From positions 4,107,011 to 4,170,873 of the forward strand of contig JASCQW010000154.1 in the NCBI GenBank assembly GCA_030264375.1: a stretch of DNA of 63,863 bases, in the 5' to 3' direction. A model generated the notes under the pieces. The model was not told the DNA's origin. It ran no database searches and was given only the letters and a program-made list of their open reading frames with translations. The position numbers and the translations under genes are program-made. Every line of letters starts with the position of its first letter. The first letter of the stretch is position 1. Below, in pieces: positions 39,870 to 53,699 of the stretch. Source of the DNA: Carcharhinus longimanus. Taxonomy: Eukaryota.

Positions 39870-40372
39870 ATTAGACACCGGAAAGAGCTTGCAAACACAT
39901 ATCCACAACCTCACTAAGACTGTTTGATTCAGCCTCCATAGCATTGCTAACGTCATCTCCGCCTCAGCTCATTTACTAGTGAAACCCTAAACTTTCCCTC
40001 TGTTACTTCTGGACTTGACTATCCCAAAAGACTCCAGACTGGCTTCCTGTCTCCTACCGCGCCTCCCCACCCCCCACCATTACCTTGAGGCCATTCAAAA
40101 AGGCTCAACTTGGACCAAGTTCAATCCACCTTGTGCTTGTTGAACTAACTGATCTCGAGTTAGCCAACATCTCAATCGTAAAATTCTCATCCGAATTTAA
40201 ATATCTCCATAACCTCACCCCTCCTTATCTCTGCAACCGCCACCACCTCCTGCTCCAGCAACCTCTCTCCCGAACCTTACGTCCTTCCGATGTTAAAATT
40301 CATGTAATTCTGGCCTCTTCTACATCCCAATTCAGATGCATTGAAAGCCTAAGCTCGCCTTCCTAAATCTTC
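39870..40372 (+). mobile_element. Degenerate L2-clade LINE fragment
   Basis: C/T-rich sequence with remnants such as GTTACTTCTGGACTTGACTAT (VTSxLDY-like) and CTCACCCCTCCTTATCTC (LxPPYL-like), typical of the L2 ORF2 C-terminus. No intact frame. Confidence 0.55.
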
Positions 40373-40376
40373 CTAA

Positions 40377-40641
40377 TCATAGAGTTCCTACAGAGCAGAA
40401 GCAGCCTACACCACCCCAACAATCCCAGTGAGGCTGTATCCCCGTAACACCACGCATTTACCGTGCACAGCCCCCTGATCCTAGAGGGCAATTTAGCATG
40501 ACCAATCTACATAACTTGCACATCTTTGGAGTCTGGGACGAAACCGGAGCACCCAGAGGAAACCCTCGCAGACACGGGATGAATGTGCAAACTCAACCTA
40601 GTCACCCAAGGCCAGAAGTGAACCCGGGCCCTTGGCGCTGT
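40377..40641 (-). mobile_element. HE1/V-SINE-type tRNA-derived SINE, diverged, head cut by an assembly gap
   Basis: Reverse complement resembles the SINE at 43182-43529 (core GGGTTTCCTCTGGGTGCTCCGGTTTC, B-box-like GGTTCACTTC). Confidence 0.85.
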
Positions 40642-42479
40642 TTNNNNNNNNNNACATCCGTAACCAAATTTGTGATCATCTGCTCTTTTATCACCTCATG
40701 TGGCTCACGAGGGGCAATTCTATCTGTTAATTGCTCCTGAGAAGTTTATTTAGACGATTATAACATTAACAGTGCTTTATTTGTTGTTACATTCTGGGTA
40801 TAAGCGGATCAGTATAAGTACAAAAGTATTTTGTGGCATCCCGAACTCTTTCAGTGGTGACTCTTTTTTTCGATTGGATGGAAGGCAGCACATGGCCATT
40901 TCCACCTCAACAAATAAATGACTTCTGTTTAGTAATTCCAAGAATTGCTTGTTCCTTTAAATAACATTAGAATGCGAACTATATGAAATCAGCTGGATCC
41001 TTAAGTGGAATTAAATTCTGGCGCATCTGCTATTCTGGGCCTTTAGGGTCAGCCTGTAAAATTGGTAAGAAGAGAATTTGATCAGCTTGTCATGTGATGA
41101 TCCGCCACACAGTTTCCTCCTGATTCATAGATCAGAAATAGAAACAAGTGTAGAAGTGTTTAATTTTCAGTGGAAATAATTAGACACATACTTTAGGGAA
41201 TTTTGCATTATCAGACGCTTTTTTACATGGCAATACGTTATTGATGAAGCAATTTGCAACGGAATGTCTATTAAACCAGCTTTACTAATTTTTACATATT
41301 ATACTGCGTTCCCAAATAAGGTGCCACAACGGTGAATCCACGAGACAGTTCTCATAATTGAAATATGTTTAACTTTATTACAACTAACAATTCTAAGATT
41401 AATAATTAATAAACTGTTCGCTTTAAATATCTGTTGAGAGCCATCTGTGGGACAGTGGATCATTTGAGGTCCTTGGCTCGCCATCAGTTGGCCCGGGAGG
41501 CAATGGCACATTCCTCTTCTTGATATAATAATCTGTTTATGTCACCAAGTGTACCCAGTGTGCCCTGATTTTATGACTGAAAGCACGTATAATAAAGAAG
41601 TTAATGTGAAAAATGTGACAGAATGCCAGCAAGTCCGTGAATGTTTAACCTCAAAGCGCAGAAGGAACTTCATATGACCTGATGTGGCTTTTGCACCCTT
41701 CCGTCTTTTAACTAAATGGTCATAGGCCCAATTTCAGTTCACTTCTCGGCAGGCACTGATACACGCATTCTCAGGAAATTAAAATATCATTAAAATAAAG
41801 ATGCAATAAATTCATACATTGTCTTATAATTTTTAAACAAGGTGGAATTTATAAAAAGAGGTCTGGGCAGCGGATATGCCACTTGGGTAATTACCTGCAT
41901 TCTACCCTGAAGCTGAGCCTTCAACGTTCATTCTCGGCATTACATTTAAGTCTCGATATAATTAATTAGGACCACCGATACATTTTTCAATATACGATGC
42001 ATAAGTCGTTAACGATTCTGAGATATTACCTGGACAGCGTATTCGTTTTCCTGCAATGCAGTGCAATTCAGAGAAAGTCCTCATGACTAGACTGCTTCAG
42101 CATATCCGAGGATATCATTATTAAGTACAACTTCATGGATTGTGACCGTAATGCACTAGCGCTACACTGTGATTCGAGCCTCGGTTGCCGATGTGAATAG
42201 ACTGACAGCAAGATTGCCTACTACATATCTACTGTTCATTTAAAAAATGCTTTTGTAACTTGCAGCATTTTTAAAGTGTTGTCCTTGAACTAGAATTACA
42301 CAGAATCTGCAGCACAGATGCTTCTCATGATGCTCCACTCCACCTCCAAGTCAGACCCTACATCTCTTTCCCACCCCTTCTGTCTCAATGCTACTTCGTA
42401 AAGATATCGCTTCGAGATTCTTTCTCCCACCAGTAAATGACGGTCCTCTATTTGTACCCCTTAACTCAAGGGTAGGAGA

Positions 42480-42700
42480 CTCCCCTCTTCCCACCCTATT
42501 GAACCCTACCCTAATTTTCGACCTTTCATCTTGTCTTCCCCCCGCCTCAACTTGTTCAGAGAAAAGAGATCGAGAATGTTCAATCTTGCCTCAAAATTGC
42601 ATCTTCGCAATTCCAATAATATTCTTGTAAAAACTGTCGAACTTTCTCTGTGCAGCAATCTCATTTTTTAGTGTGGGAATATTCCATATTTGGTCTAACA
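42480..42700 (-). mobile_element. Highly degraded CR1-like LINE 3' region
   Basis: Weak resemblance to CR1 3' coding sequence (TTGTTCAGAGAAAAGAG...ATTCTTGTAAA on plus). Confidence 0.3.
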
Positions 42701-43181
42701 AAGGTTCTATTTTCATTTATCATTATCTTCTGCATTTGTGCTTAATTATCTACTGGTGCACCCCAATATTTTTGTTTGCAATCTTCATAGTGCTAGAGAC
42801 TTGTCTTGCTACTTTTAGTCATGCATGCACCCATAATGCCCAAACGTATTTGTCATGCAACAAATTCCTGCAGAACTACACTGTCCACTTGCTGCCGGGC
42901 CGAGAATCTTCATATTACTTCTATTCTGTCTTCTAATTTTTGGCCATCTTTCAATTCATGTTATGTGGCCCCGGGATCCACACAACTTGATGTTTGTCAA
43001 GAGCCCAATTTGTGGCACCTTCTCAAAAACATTAAAAAAGCCCAAATGTCCAACTGCTTGCTTTTGTCTATTCTTCAATAATTCAAGAGGGTGGTTTAAA
43101 CGCGATTCTCCTTTTTCGAAATAAATGCTGCTGTTTATCTTGTTAACTGATTTTTTTAAACAAATCTTCTGGTATTATTTT

Positions 43182-43529
43182 GGGCGGCACGGTAGCACAG
43201 TGGTTAGCACTGCTGCTTCACAGCTCCAGGGACCTGGGTTCGAGTCCCGACTTGGGTCACTGTCTGTGTGGAGTTTGCACATTCTCCTCGAGTCTGCGTG
43301 GGTTTCCTCTGGGTGCTCCGGTTTCCTCCCACTGTCCAAAAATGTGCAGGTTAGGTTGATTGGCTGTGCTAAAAATTGTCCCTTAGAGGCATGAGATGCG
43401 TAGGTTAGAGGGATTAGCGGGTAAATATGTAGGGATATGGGGGTAGGGCGTGGGTGGGTTTATGGTCGGTGCAGACTCGATGGGCCGAAGGGCCTCCTTC
43501 TGCACTGTGGGGTTTCTATGATTCTATGA
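43182..43529 (+). mobile_element. Near full-length HE1/V-SINE-type SINE
   Basis: tRNA-like head GGGCGGCACGGTAGCACAGTGGTTAGCAC (A box) and GGTTCGAGTCC (B box), V-domain core GTGGAGTTTGCACATTCTCC...GGGTGCTCCGGTTTCCTCCC, and LINE-derived tail ending in (ATTCTATG)n. Confidence 0.92.
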
Positions 43530-43583
43530 CTCGAACCCAGAGCTTCTGGCTCAGAGGCAGGGGTGCTAACCCACTCTGCCATA
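43530..43583 (-). mobile_element. Isolated tRNA-like head of a second SINE, opposite orientation
   Basis: Minus strand TGGCAGAGTGGGTTAGCACCCCTGCCTCTGAGCCAGAAGCTCTGGGTTCGAG has A and B boxes but no complete cloverleaf. Confidence 0.65.
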
Positions 43584-43896
43584 AGAGCTATGGCACAATA
43601 AATTTACCAAGTGAGTTGTGGGACATTGGCCCGGGTTTCTAATAGTTTTATTTTCAAAATATATGCTTTATTCATAAAATTTGTAAAAGTTTGTTACAGA
43701 GTATTTCAAATTTGACGTGAAATAAAGTGCAAAACAGTTCGAATTCTTTCAATACAATACACCAAACTGACAATACAGGTCATTACAACATACGTTTCAT
43801 GACAAGCGTCCCCTGCTGAAGGAAACCTGAGTGTTTATTTATGGGTTTGAGCCCCTCAGTATAATATGGCAGGGAGGGGCTTTGAAAGCGTACTTC

Positions 43897-44305
43897 CCAT
43901 AGAACCATAGAATCCCTACAGTGCAGAAGAAGACCATTCGGTCCATTAAGTCCCATCCCAGCAGGGAAGAAGCTGTCCTTGAGTCAGTTGGTACGTGCCC
44001 TGAGACTTTTGTAGCTTTTTCCAAACGGGAGAAGGTGGAAGAGAGGATGTCCGGGGTCACTCATTACACCGGATGCTTTCCTGAGACAACAGAAAGTGTA
44101 GATGGATGGGAGGCTGTTTTGCATGATGGACTGGACTTTGTTCATGACCCTTTGTCGTTTCTCATGGTCTTGGCTGGAGCAGGAGCCACACCAAGCTGTG
44201 ATACACCTGGAAAGGATTCTTTCTATGGTACATCTGTAGATGTTGGTAAGACATGCCAAATTTCCTTAGTCTCCTGAGAAAGTAGGGCTGTTGGTGAGCT
44301 TTCTT
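43897..44305 (-). mobile_element. Rex1/Babar-like non-LTR retrotransposon 3' fragment joined to an HE1/CR1-type tail
   Basis: ORF 43984-44259 (YRCTIERILSRCITAWCGSC...QRV...CLRKA...DPGHPLFHLLPFG) matches the Rex1-type RT C-terminal motif pattern. 43897-43950 is the (TTCTATG)-tailed 3' end. Confidence 0.8.
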
Positions 44306-44422
44306 AAGAACATAAGAACATAAGAAATAGGAGCAGGAGTAGGCTATCTAGCCCCTCGAGCCTGCCCCACCATTCAATAAGATCATGGCTGATCTGAAGT
44401 GGATCAGTTCCACTTTCCCGCT
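44306..44422 (-). mobile_element. CR1-type LINE 3' end, cut by an assembly gap
   Basis: AAGAACATAAGAACATAAGAAATAGGAGCAGGAGTAGGC... is the reverse complement of the element at 22740-22819. Confidence 0.85.
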
Positions 44423-44522
44423 NNNNNNNNNNNNNNNNNNNNNNNNNNNNNNNNNNNNNNNNNNNNNNNNNNNNNNNNNNNNNNNNNNNNNNNNNNNNNN
44501 NNNNNNNNNNNNNNNNNNNNNN

Positions 44523-44586
44523 TGCAGACTCGGTGGGCTGAATGGCCTGTTTCTGCACTGTAGGGTTTCTATGATTTCTATGATTA
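44523..44586 (+). mobile_element. 3' tail of an HE1-type SINE; body lost in the gap
   Basis: TGCAGACTCGGTGGGCTGAATGGCCTGTTTCTGCACTGTAGGGTTTCTATGATTTCTATGATT matches 43470-43529. Confidence 0.8.
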
Positions 44587-47500
44587 TTCCTACCACCGAT
44601 GTTAAGGTATAATCCTTTTTTCTGTGGTTAATAATTCCCCCAACTCATTCCAACACACATTTTGGAGACAGGAATTGTATTTGGCGTTGGTAATTCTACT
44701 GGATCTGTTCCATTTCTTTATGTTTTATCCCAATTTGGCTTTTAATAGTTCTGATATCTGCTTTCTATGTAACAGGATACCTACAGCCATAATCCATCTG
44801 GACCTGGAGAATTGTCACACTTCTGTTTGCCTAGTATCTCCTTTCTCTCCAATCAACTGTTGGAATAACATGGAGTTTTGCTGAATTAACATTGTGCAAC
44901 TTGCTTGCGCACTGGTTTATGATGTGAAATGTATAAGTTCCCTATTCTTGGAAACCTATGTATAGTTAATACATAGCACTTGCAATGGTTGTACAAAACA
45001 GAACATGGAACCGCATAAGCAAGCACTTGCCCATAAAAGTGTTGCAAAACCCCAGTGCCTACAAAGTTAAATTCAAAGAGATTGTGAGATGGTAGGAAAG
45101 GGTTGTGAGAGAGGGAGGGAGTGTTGTGCACACTTGGAGGGGGGGAGATTGTTGTGGGTGTGACTGTTTATACATTTACATTCCCAATATGGGCAAAAGT
45201 TTGTTTTCCCCAAATTAACTTAGAATTTTCCACTGATGAATACGTTTCCAGTATGTTACATAGATTGAGAAATTGAACATTTAAAAAGAGTCCCGAACAA
45301 TCGTTTATTAGTAATATCTTTGGAATTTTACTTCTATTTAAAGGGTCAGAACATATCCTACTTTTCTTATTCAATGAATATCTTGCGTTGACATTGCTCC
45401 CGATTCAAATATTTATCGCATCCTGAAATTGCATTGTGGAATTGTGTTTATCTAACATTTAAGATCTTGAAGTTCACGCGCAACTTTGAATGCAATACAA
45501 CGTAATCTTTCGTGCAACAAATTTTCCTTTGGGATTGTAGGAAAGAATAAATATTATTAATTTTTTTTCTTAATTTTCAGTACTTTCCTATTTTGAGAAA
45601 CATTATATTCAATTCTGCAATCTAGTATTCTTATCAAGCTTCTTTTCTTTCTGATATGGGCGACTTTAAAGCCTAATTGTCCTGCACCGCGCTTAAATGG
45701 AAATAGGGGGAGGGTTTCATTAACTGGGATCATTTAAATTGTGTTTTGTATCATTTAAACATCGATACACACGGTTTGACTTTTTTAGTAGAATTAATGC
45801 TGAAAGGAAACAATGTAATATACGGCGTCCGTTGTGAATATGCAATATTCGGAAGGTGTAGCAAGTTAAGCATTTCCGTGAATCGTTGCTTTATAACTTT
45901 AAAACGTTTCTTGAAGTGCGCCATGGGTTTTAAATCTATTGTGTTGAATATTAAAGCGTGAAGTTGCTTTTCAGCGATCAAAAAATATGAACTTTATTTC
46001 CTGTTGACCATCCATGCTGCAGTCCATGTGGTTTCAAAACTAATTCTGGTCTAATACAAATGTATCTACATTATTAATATCTGTGGGTAAGTTTATACAA
46101 CCGAGGAATTTCGGTGTAATCCACAAGCTGAATGTAGATATCTAAGAGAACGCGAGTGCCCTCACACTCAAGACTGAATGTTGAATTCAACTTAATGCGA
46201 GGTTTGTCACGTCAGCGTTTAAAGTTATTTAGAACCACAGGGCTTTCGACATTCGGTCCCATCTACAGACGAGCTGTTTTGTCAAGTTAAAAACTCAGCT
46301 TGCAAGGGAATAATTCTGAACCAGCATAATTGCTGATTAAAGTCCAATAAAAATGTGTTCCAGAATAGAGATCGTAGCTACCTTATTGGGGTGGGGGTGC
46401 GCAACAGGCCGCTAAAGTCGGCGTCTCCACTGCAATGTGTTCAATCTATCGATTTTAAATAAAAAAAGTGTTTCTTCCAGTCCGAAATTGAACTTGTCTG
46501 TTACTTTCTTTTACTCACCCAACAATGATAAGAATTTCGACTTATCGCGTCAAATAAACTTCAGGTTCCTGGAGTAAAAGCTGTTGCCCCTTTGTTTATG
46601 TTCAGTTGGGAAATCTTTCTCCCTCGCTCCAATTTTGCTGTTTGTTATAAGAGGCACCCCAGCCTCTGTCTCTTTTTTTCGTCAGCCAGTTGTCTGTTCG
46701 CACATAAAATGTATACAGACAGGCAATAAAGTGTCTGGCTGCCGTGTACCCTCTTTATACAATGCCTTGAAAAACCATTGGTTTTAAAATTCTGCAACGG
46801 TGCAAGGTATTTCTGCTTTCTACCCGCATTTACATGTCATAATCTCTGCATATTTTTGGAAATGTTAAAACTTTGCTGCTTTGGTGAATGGATATTTTAA
46901 AACAACTCTAAAAAATACAAACAGCGTCACTGTAAAAACAAGGTTGTAAATTGTACTTGATCGTGGGTGTTTCGTGAGAGGTTATCAAAGTTAAAGCACC
47001 AAAGGATAATTTAAATTTCAATTATTCCATATGGGTAAAATCTTCAGATTTTAAAATACAGGATTGATAAACAAGGAGATGTGTCTTATTTGAATTTTGT
47101 TGCCTCGGCCAGCACTCTGGGCAGTTTATGACCGTATCTGGGGCGACTGGCTGCAAAGGAGTGAACTTCTCTTGTTATTTCTGTCGCGCAATTGTTTTCC
47201 CTCCTGCAGCTTCTAACCTTGAAACGATTCCAGACTTAAACTTTATTTCCTGGACGCATTCCCCTGTGGAACTTAGGTGTCCCTCATTCTGAGCGGATGT
47301 TTATTTGAGTGAAAGCTTAACGCGTTTGGAAACTCAAGCGAAGTGATTCTATGACAGTCTTGTCTCCTGCAATCTTTTTCCTGGTGGTGATCATAGAAGC
47401 CCGTTTCTTTTTTCGAAGGGGCAAGGTCTAGTTAATACAAGTAAATCTGCATGGTCAACATACATTGCCAATGAACACGTTAAAAACACCACCTAAAATC

Positions 47501-50500
47501 AAAAGGATCTGTCTCTGCAGTTTGGAGTGCCAGGTAATTCAAAAAATCTGAATCTGGACTATCTTTAGGCCCAACTACAATATTCACTATTCATTTGTAT
47601 TTTTTTCACTTTTAAGGACAATCTTTATGGCCTCGCGTTACAATGTCGTTCAAGGTAGCGAGCCACGTGACGTGCTGTATGACCATGTGATCTGGTCAAG
47701 CATGCAACATTATTGGTTCCAAACACCTTCGGAGCCAACATTGGTTCGGTGGCAATGCAAAGTCTGCAGCTTTTAAAACAGACGCTGTTGCTATCTTTTA
47801 TTATTGCCTTTGTAGTGGTGTTGATTTGAAGTGGTAACCATCTAACAACAGAACATAAATATTCGTTTGAAAATGCTCCTGCTAAGTTCGTTGCTCAGCT
47901 CTTGAAACTATCGAGTAAAAAATGCCCATTTTGTTGTAAAGGCCTGTTGTAGGCGATTGTCCCTTTAATAAAAATAATCTTGGCAGAATCTTGGACATTC
48001 ACTGAATAACTATTTCAAAACATCCCCTAATTATTTATTTTACTAAATTGTTTGCCAAAGTACCATACAATTTTTATGGATCGTGATATTTGATTTCCAA
48101 TGTTCTTTCCAGGTGACTTGAGCAATCTGTCTTCCCAAGGAACAGTAGTTAATTTGTACCAGTCTGGCTGTTGTACAATAATTTTAATTACAATTCTATT
48201 GAGACGAAGTAATCCAACCAAAAATAAATGTTCCAGTAAGAGCGTGCAAGTATTACCTTGTGATTGCCACTGTTCTGCCAATCAAGCATGTAGAATGTGG
48301 CATAAATCTCTTTGTTTATTTTCTCTTGAAATTGAAGGCAAAACTGCAACAGAAGCTTTGAAATATGGATTACCTCCTGTGACTTATTTAAACTTTTCGT
48401 TGTGGAATGCGTTCCTCTTTTTATATTAAGGACCCGTTTTATTCCCCACATTGCAAGAAAGGGAATTGCTCCATATTTCATTATATTGGCTTGGCTCGCA
48501 CACATTTGCTTAGAAGCTTTTACTGAACTCAGCCTTTTCTCTTGTGAGCGGGGTGGGGGAGTGGGGGGGGGGGTCGCTAATGCGCCTTTATAGTTAGTTG
48601 TATCCGCGAAAAATAATTAATTGAAGTAAAATAAAGGAACACAGAAGAATATCATTCATTCATCTGTATACCGTTGAGTGTAGCATAAATTTGAAACTGA
48701 GTTTATTTTTAATTGTAGTTTATTGAAGAGGTTTGATGCAGGCCTGCGGCTTAAACCCGACAATAATGAAAAGTTGCAATCATCTTAAAAATAACTCGAT
48801 ACTTAGAGCTAATTAGAGTACTGCGCCACAGCAGAAGAGCAATCTTGGGAACTCAGCTGAAGTGAGCTGAAATAGGCTTGAAAAATTGTCGGTATCGAAA
48901 ACAATCAATAGAAATATTAGTTATTTTTCGGGAAGAGTGGCCAAGACATATAACGTTCAGTAAAGATCGGGGTATACAGCCGTCAGAATCGCGGTTCATA
49001 TTGTTATATGTTTTGTGAGCATTTTTTTTGCCGATGCTCTGGAAAATGATATTCGATGCCCATACCAACATCGAAACGAATCAATTAATTAACCTACAAA
49101 TAAATTGCCGAGTTCGGACGTGCTTCTCCATGCACTTGGAGCACCCATTACACACCAAGGTCATTATTATTTGAGCTCCATAGAAATGATTACCAAAGAA
49201 ATTTAACTCTCAATTAGATCCAGGCACAAAAATACCTGAAGCGGTCGTTTCAGCTATTTCACTGATACCTAAACATGTATCTTATTTTAACTCTGTACTA
49301 ATAATGCCCTCCTAGAAAAGAAGTGAAGGCCTCCTCAAAAATAAACATCTCAAACATTTTTTCACCGGCTGTCTGTTTATATTATTACATCAAATTCCTT
49401 TTTGCGAAAAAAACTCTATACATAAGATCACTCCTTCTAAAACACCTCAGAAAACTGGAAGTTGGGAAATTTTCTGCTTTCAGAAGAAGTTTTAAAATGT
49501 AATATTTGTTACAATTAAATACGGGTCGACACAGAAAAGGTGGCAGACAATATCCGCAAACATAAACACCAGATTAATCTAAAATTGTAGCGTTGGTGAG
49601 AACATCTCAATAAATTATATATCGGTATGATAACCGTAACATTGTGTTAGTTGACATTAGTTCTGGTAACAGAAAAGGATGGAATTCAAGAAGGAGATTA
49701 AGTATCTGATTTATCCTGGAATAAGATCAGCAGATCAGTTGACATTGATGGTGACAAGAGGCCTGCTAACTCTTCATTTATACTTGAAACCTTCGCCTAA
49801 GTTTTACTATTTACAGTTTGCGTGGTTTTCTGTGTAATTTGAGCATGTTGCATTTAATTTCAGTGTTTAACATTACTCGGTCATTACCCCTGTGGATGAA
49901 ACTGTTTTGCACGAAATTAGTGTTTAGAAATGACAGATTTTCATAAACAGAAATAAATAACTTTAAATGCATCATAAACACGACAAAATCGTCTAGTTAA
50001 TATCGCATGATTTAATAGGCCAGGTTAATGTGACAGGGTGGCTTTTGCGTTCTAATGGCTACCCAAGTGATCTGAAAGAAGGCTTTAGCAATGCAGGGTG
50101 CTCACACTCACAAACTTCGATCGCCATTATTGTATCGCAATATTCTAGCACTCATAGGGAGGACATAATAAGCATTTTAACGAATAGGATTCTCTCCCTC
50201 ATTAAAGCAACTACAATTTGAGTTAGCTATTTTCCCCACCATACGATCAGAGTTTATCTATTCTCACCCTGCGTATCTTCGACACGTTAATAGTATTTTT
50301 AGATGTAATTTTGCAATTAAATTCTACACGCGTTTTAGGGAACAGAAACATATCATCTACGAATCAAATTGCAGCATGTTTTAACAGCAGCTCTTGTTGT
50401 ACAAGTACACTTGTTCCCGATCTGAATTGTAATGATTTAGCTCGTTCAGAACAATCCTGCTATTTCAACCCAAACAGATCAATGAACGCAGATTGGTGCA

Positions 50501-52359
50501 ACAGGGGAGATTGGATCAGAAGATAAAATGCTTACAGACTGTTTCCACAATTCGTACAAGACACACTGTTTCTTACCCATTCCAAAAAATAAATTGGAGT
50601 GAATAACGAACAAATTCATGCCGATTTATATTCAGCTTCGCAGGAATGAGGTCCATAACAACCGCTTTTCGGTCAAGGTGAAAAAGGTCCCACAAAAATT
50701 TCAACGTCGGCGAAAAAAGAAAAAGAATTTTTTTTATTGTAAGGCGGTGATCGCTGATTTTCCTTCCTCTTTTTAAAACAAAAGGTCAACGCGAGGAACG
50801 AAGCCGCACCATCAAGTCCCCAAAGAGTTAAACTTAAATCGAGGAAGTCGATTAAAAGATGATTCGCTGACACCAATTATAGGGTTTCAAAATCGTGATA
50901 ACAATTCTGAAGTAAACGAGGGAGGTGAGAAGTTACGCGGTTCAGGAACTGCAAAGGAAACCTGTGAAAGAGTGTCGAAGATGCGGGGAGAAGGAATAAA
51001 GGCAGGAAGCACACACTTATAGCTTAGAAAAATAAGCAAGAGAACTTCATAGATGCAATGATCATAGCAGAAAGGCAGACAAAGACTATAAAGACCAGGA
51101 TGAATGAATCACTTACTGTTACTAGGATTATACACTGGAAGCAATTAAAGACAAAAGAGTTGATGTGATTCATTTTACATCGCGCAGCGTTGAACTTGAA
51201 TCTGCAAGAATAGAAATACAAGGCGTCAGCATTCACGCAATGTATGCGCATCGTGTTAACTCTTTCGGTGCTCGGAATTCGAATTTCCAATTTACATTAG
51301 TTGCAAACATTTTATTTTTCATCTTAAAATGTACTACAAAGTTTCCGGACTTTGTTGCTGTTTGGACGATGCTGAATAGTCATAAACAGCCAAATTCTTT
51401 CGTGATAAATTTCAATCATTAGAATATCTCTTGTGACACACACCAGCTGCGGAGATGCGCACAATGTATGTTTCAGTATAAACTCACACACGCAAGTACA
51501 TGAAGATTTTGCCTCACGAACAAGCAAGTACAATCTCTCTCACATGAAAATACATATTCTAGTAGCCAGGTGCACAGGTAGACAAATACAATATTAGCCC
51601 ATATCTCCCAGAAAGACCTGAAGATAGAATACATATACTCTGTCAAATATAAAGACATGGGTATAGAAATGTTTGCCCATCACCGATCTGTTTACTTCCA
51701 GTATCATTATATAAAAGAAAAGTTAACGTGGAGGATATCAACCTAAAATATAAAAGCTGGAGAGGGAAACTAATTACAAAGTTAAATGAATATTTTCCAG
51801 AAACATTCACTAAGAAACACATATTGAGCATACAATTCTTATCTTACTTCAAGTAACAGAAGTTTGTAGTTAATAAGATCGAGCTACTTGCCAATTAAAA
51901 GGATTTTTTAAAACAAGTTATTTGGAACAAATGGCATGAACCTTGCGGATTTTGAAGCCTACGACAGACGAAATTTACTTGGCAACGTCTGCCAGCATGA
52001 ACGAATCACTGAGCACTGCGGAGGTTTCAAAGCATTGCTAGTGGCTGGTTTTGCAAAAAAGGCCATTGATTATATCTAACGAAGAACACGCTCAATAGCC
52101 GAATGCTAATAATCACTAAAATCATCGAATGGTGAAACTGGAGGATTATCTGCAGAGAAAGAACACCAAAATCAAAACGCACTCGCGATCATGTTGGATC
52201 TTATCATCTGGCAATGTCTCAGTTGAATTGTCAGACATTGTTAAACAAGTGACACACAATGAAGTACATAGCAGCACATTTACTGTTGTGATTTACACAT
52301 GTTTTAATACGAATGAACACTGCATAAAGGGTTAATTTATGAGGGCACGTTTCATATGC

Positions 52360-52730
52360 TTGGCTAGTATTGCCTTGAATTTGGAAGATTGAGGGGTATA
52401 CTAATCAAGGCATTTAAACGATTAAAGAGTTCGGTACAGCTGATGTATATTGTATCATCTGGTGGAGGAAATGAACAAGCCGACGCAATCCTAAAATTCG
52501 ACACATTTAGGACTGAAATCAGAAAACAATTATTCGCATAAAAATATTGCAAATTGGAAATCTCTACCCGAACTAATGGTGGATTCTGGGTCAATTTACA
52601 TTTTCGAGACTGAGTGGTAGATTTTTCTTGGATTAAACATCAACACAAATACAAAAAATGGAGGTAGACATAACTTGATTTAAATATTCGGCCTGGGATG
52701 GAAAGGTTGAACGGTCTTTCTACTATTTCG
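52360..52730 (+). mobile_element. Old CR1-like LINE 3' fragment
   Basis: GAAGATTGAGGGGTATACTAATCAAGGCATTTAA (RLRGxLIxxF-like), TTTAGGACTGAAATCAGAAAAC and TGGAAATCTCTACCC (WxSLP-like). Multiple disablements. Confidence 0.6.
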
Positions 52731-53699
52731 CCAACATTTCGGAATCCTTTGAAGATGTTGAAAGCGCAATAGTGAAAGGTTGGCTATTATTTATGTGGAA
52801 CCTTCTGAATGCTTTTGACAACGTTCCAGACGGAAAGCTTTTATTAACCTAAAACAAACAGAAGGACGAGGTTATGGATAAGGTGTTGGTTATAAAATAG
52901 GAAACCGGATGCTCATTTCAACTGGGGGAAATTATAGACATTCCAAAAGATTAATGCGGAGATTAGCCAATTTACACGAATTGCTTGGATATCAAAACAT
53001 ATCTGGTTTGGTGAAATAGTTAAAGCAGGAGAAAGGGATTTGCAGAAATATTAACATTGTTACGAAACTGAATAGGAAATGCAAACGTTACTTAAACACA
53101 GATAACTATATTACATATTGATTAAATGTCTATCACGGATATGCAATATTTGCAACAGGGCCATCGGAATGAGAAATAGACAATTGCTTTAGTTGGAAAT
53201 TTCCTGCTTTGCAGAAGTACAAATCCAGCGATATTTGGCGGCCCAAGATCTGAGCCTTCTCTAATATGAGGTTTCAAACTCATCCCATTGTGTATAAGGA
53301 CAAAACTTCGCCTTGCCCAGGTTCATATATAAACATGCGCATTACACAGTCCTACAGATTGTACTGAACATCCAAGACAAAGCTATAACAGAATAGAGGA
53401 AAATACAAAATAAATAAAACTGTTGGCTTCCGAATGTTCATTACATTTTGCTTTACAATGTAACTATGCAACTACCCATGCGAAATATGCGCATGGTCTA
53501 TATAGTTGATTTTTCTGTGCCAGTGCGAGGTGACTAAATTAGTTTCATTCTAACTTGAGCCCCATACAGCTAATTCCAACTGAGGTTAACCTTAGACCAC
53601 GCTTGTAGTCTAATCTCAGCCTTTGAAAGTGACTTAGGAAGGATAGTCGACTTGCCACTCTAGAAGCCGAAGCAATTCCCAAAGCAATTTAATAAAAAA

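Noticed and set aside
43182-43260. tRNA gene
   Set aside because: A and B boxes are present, but the sequence continues into SINE core and tail with no acceptor stem or terminator.
46026-46043. ATG TGG TTT CAA AAC TAA (WFQN) as a possible Hox11/12 pseudogene remnant
   Set aside because: On the strand opposite to the cluster, and the flanks show no homeodomain similarity. Chance match.
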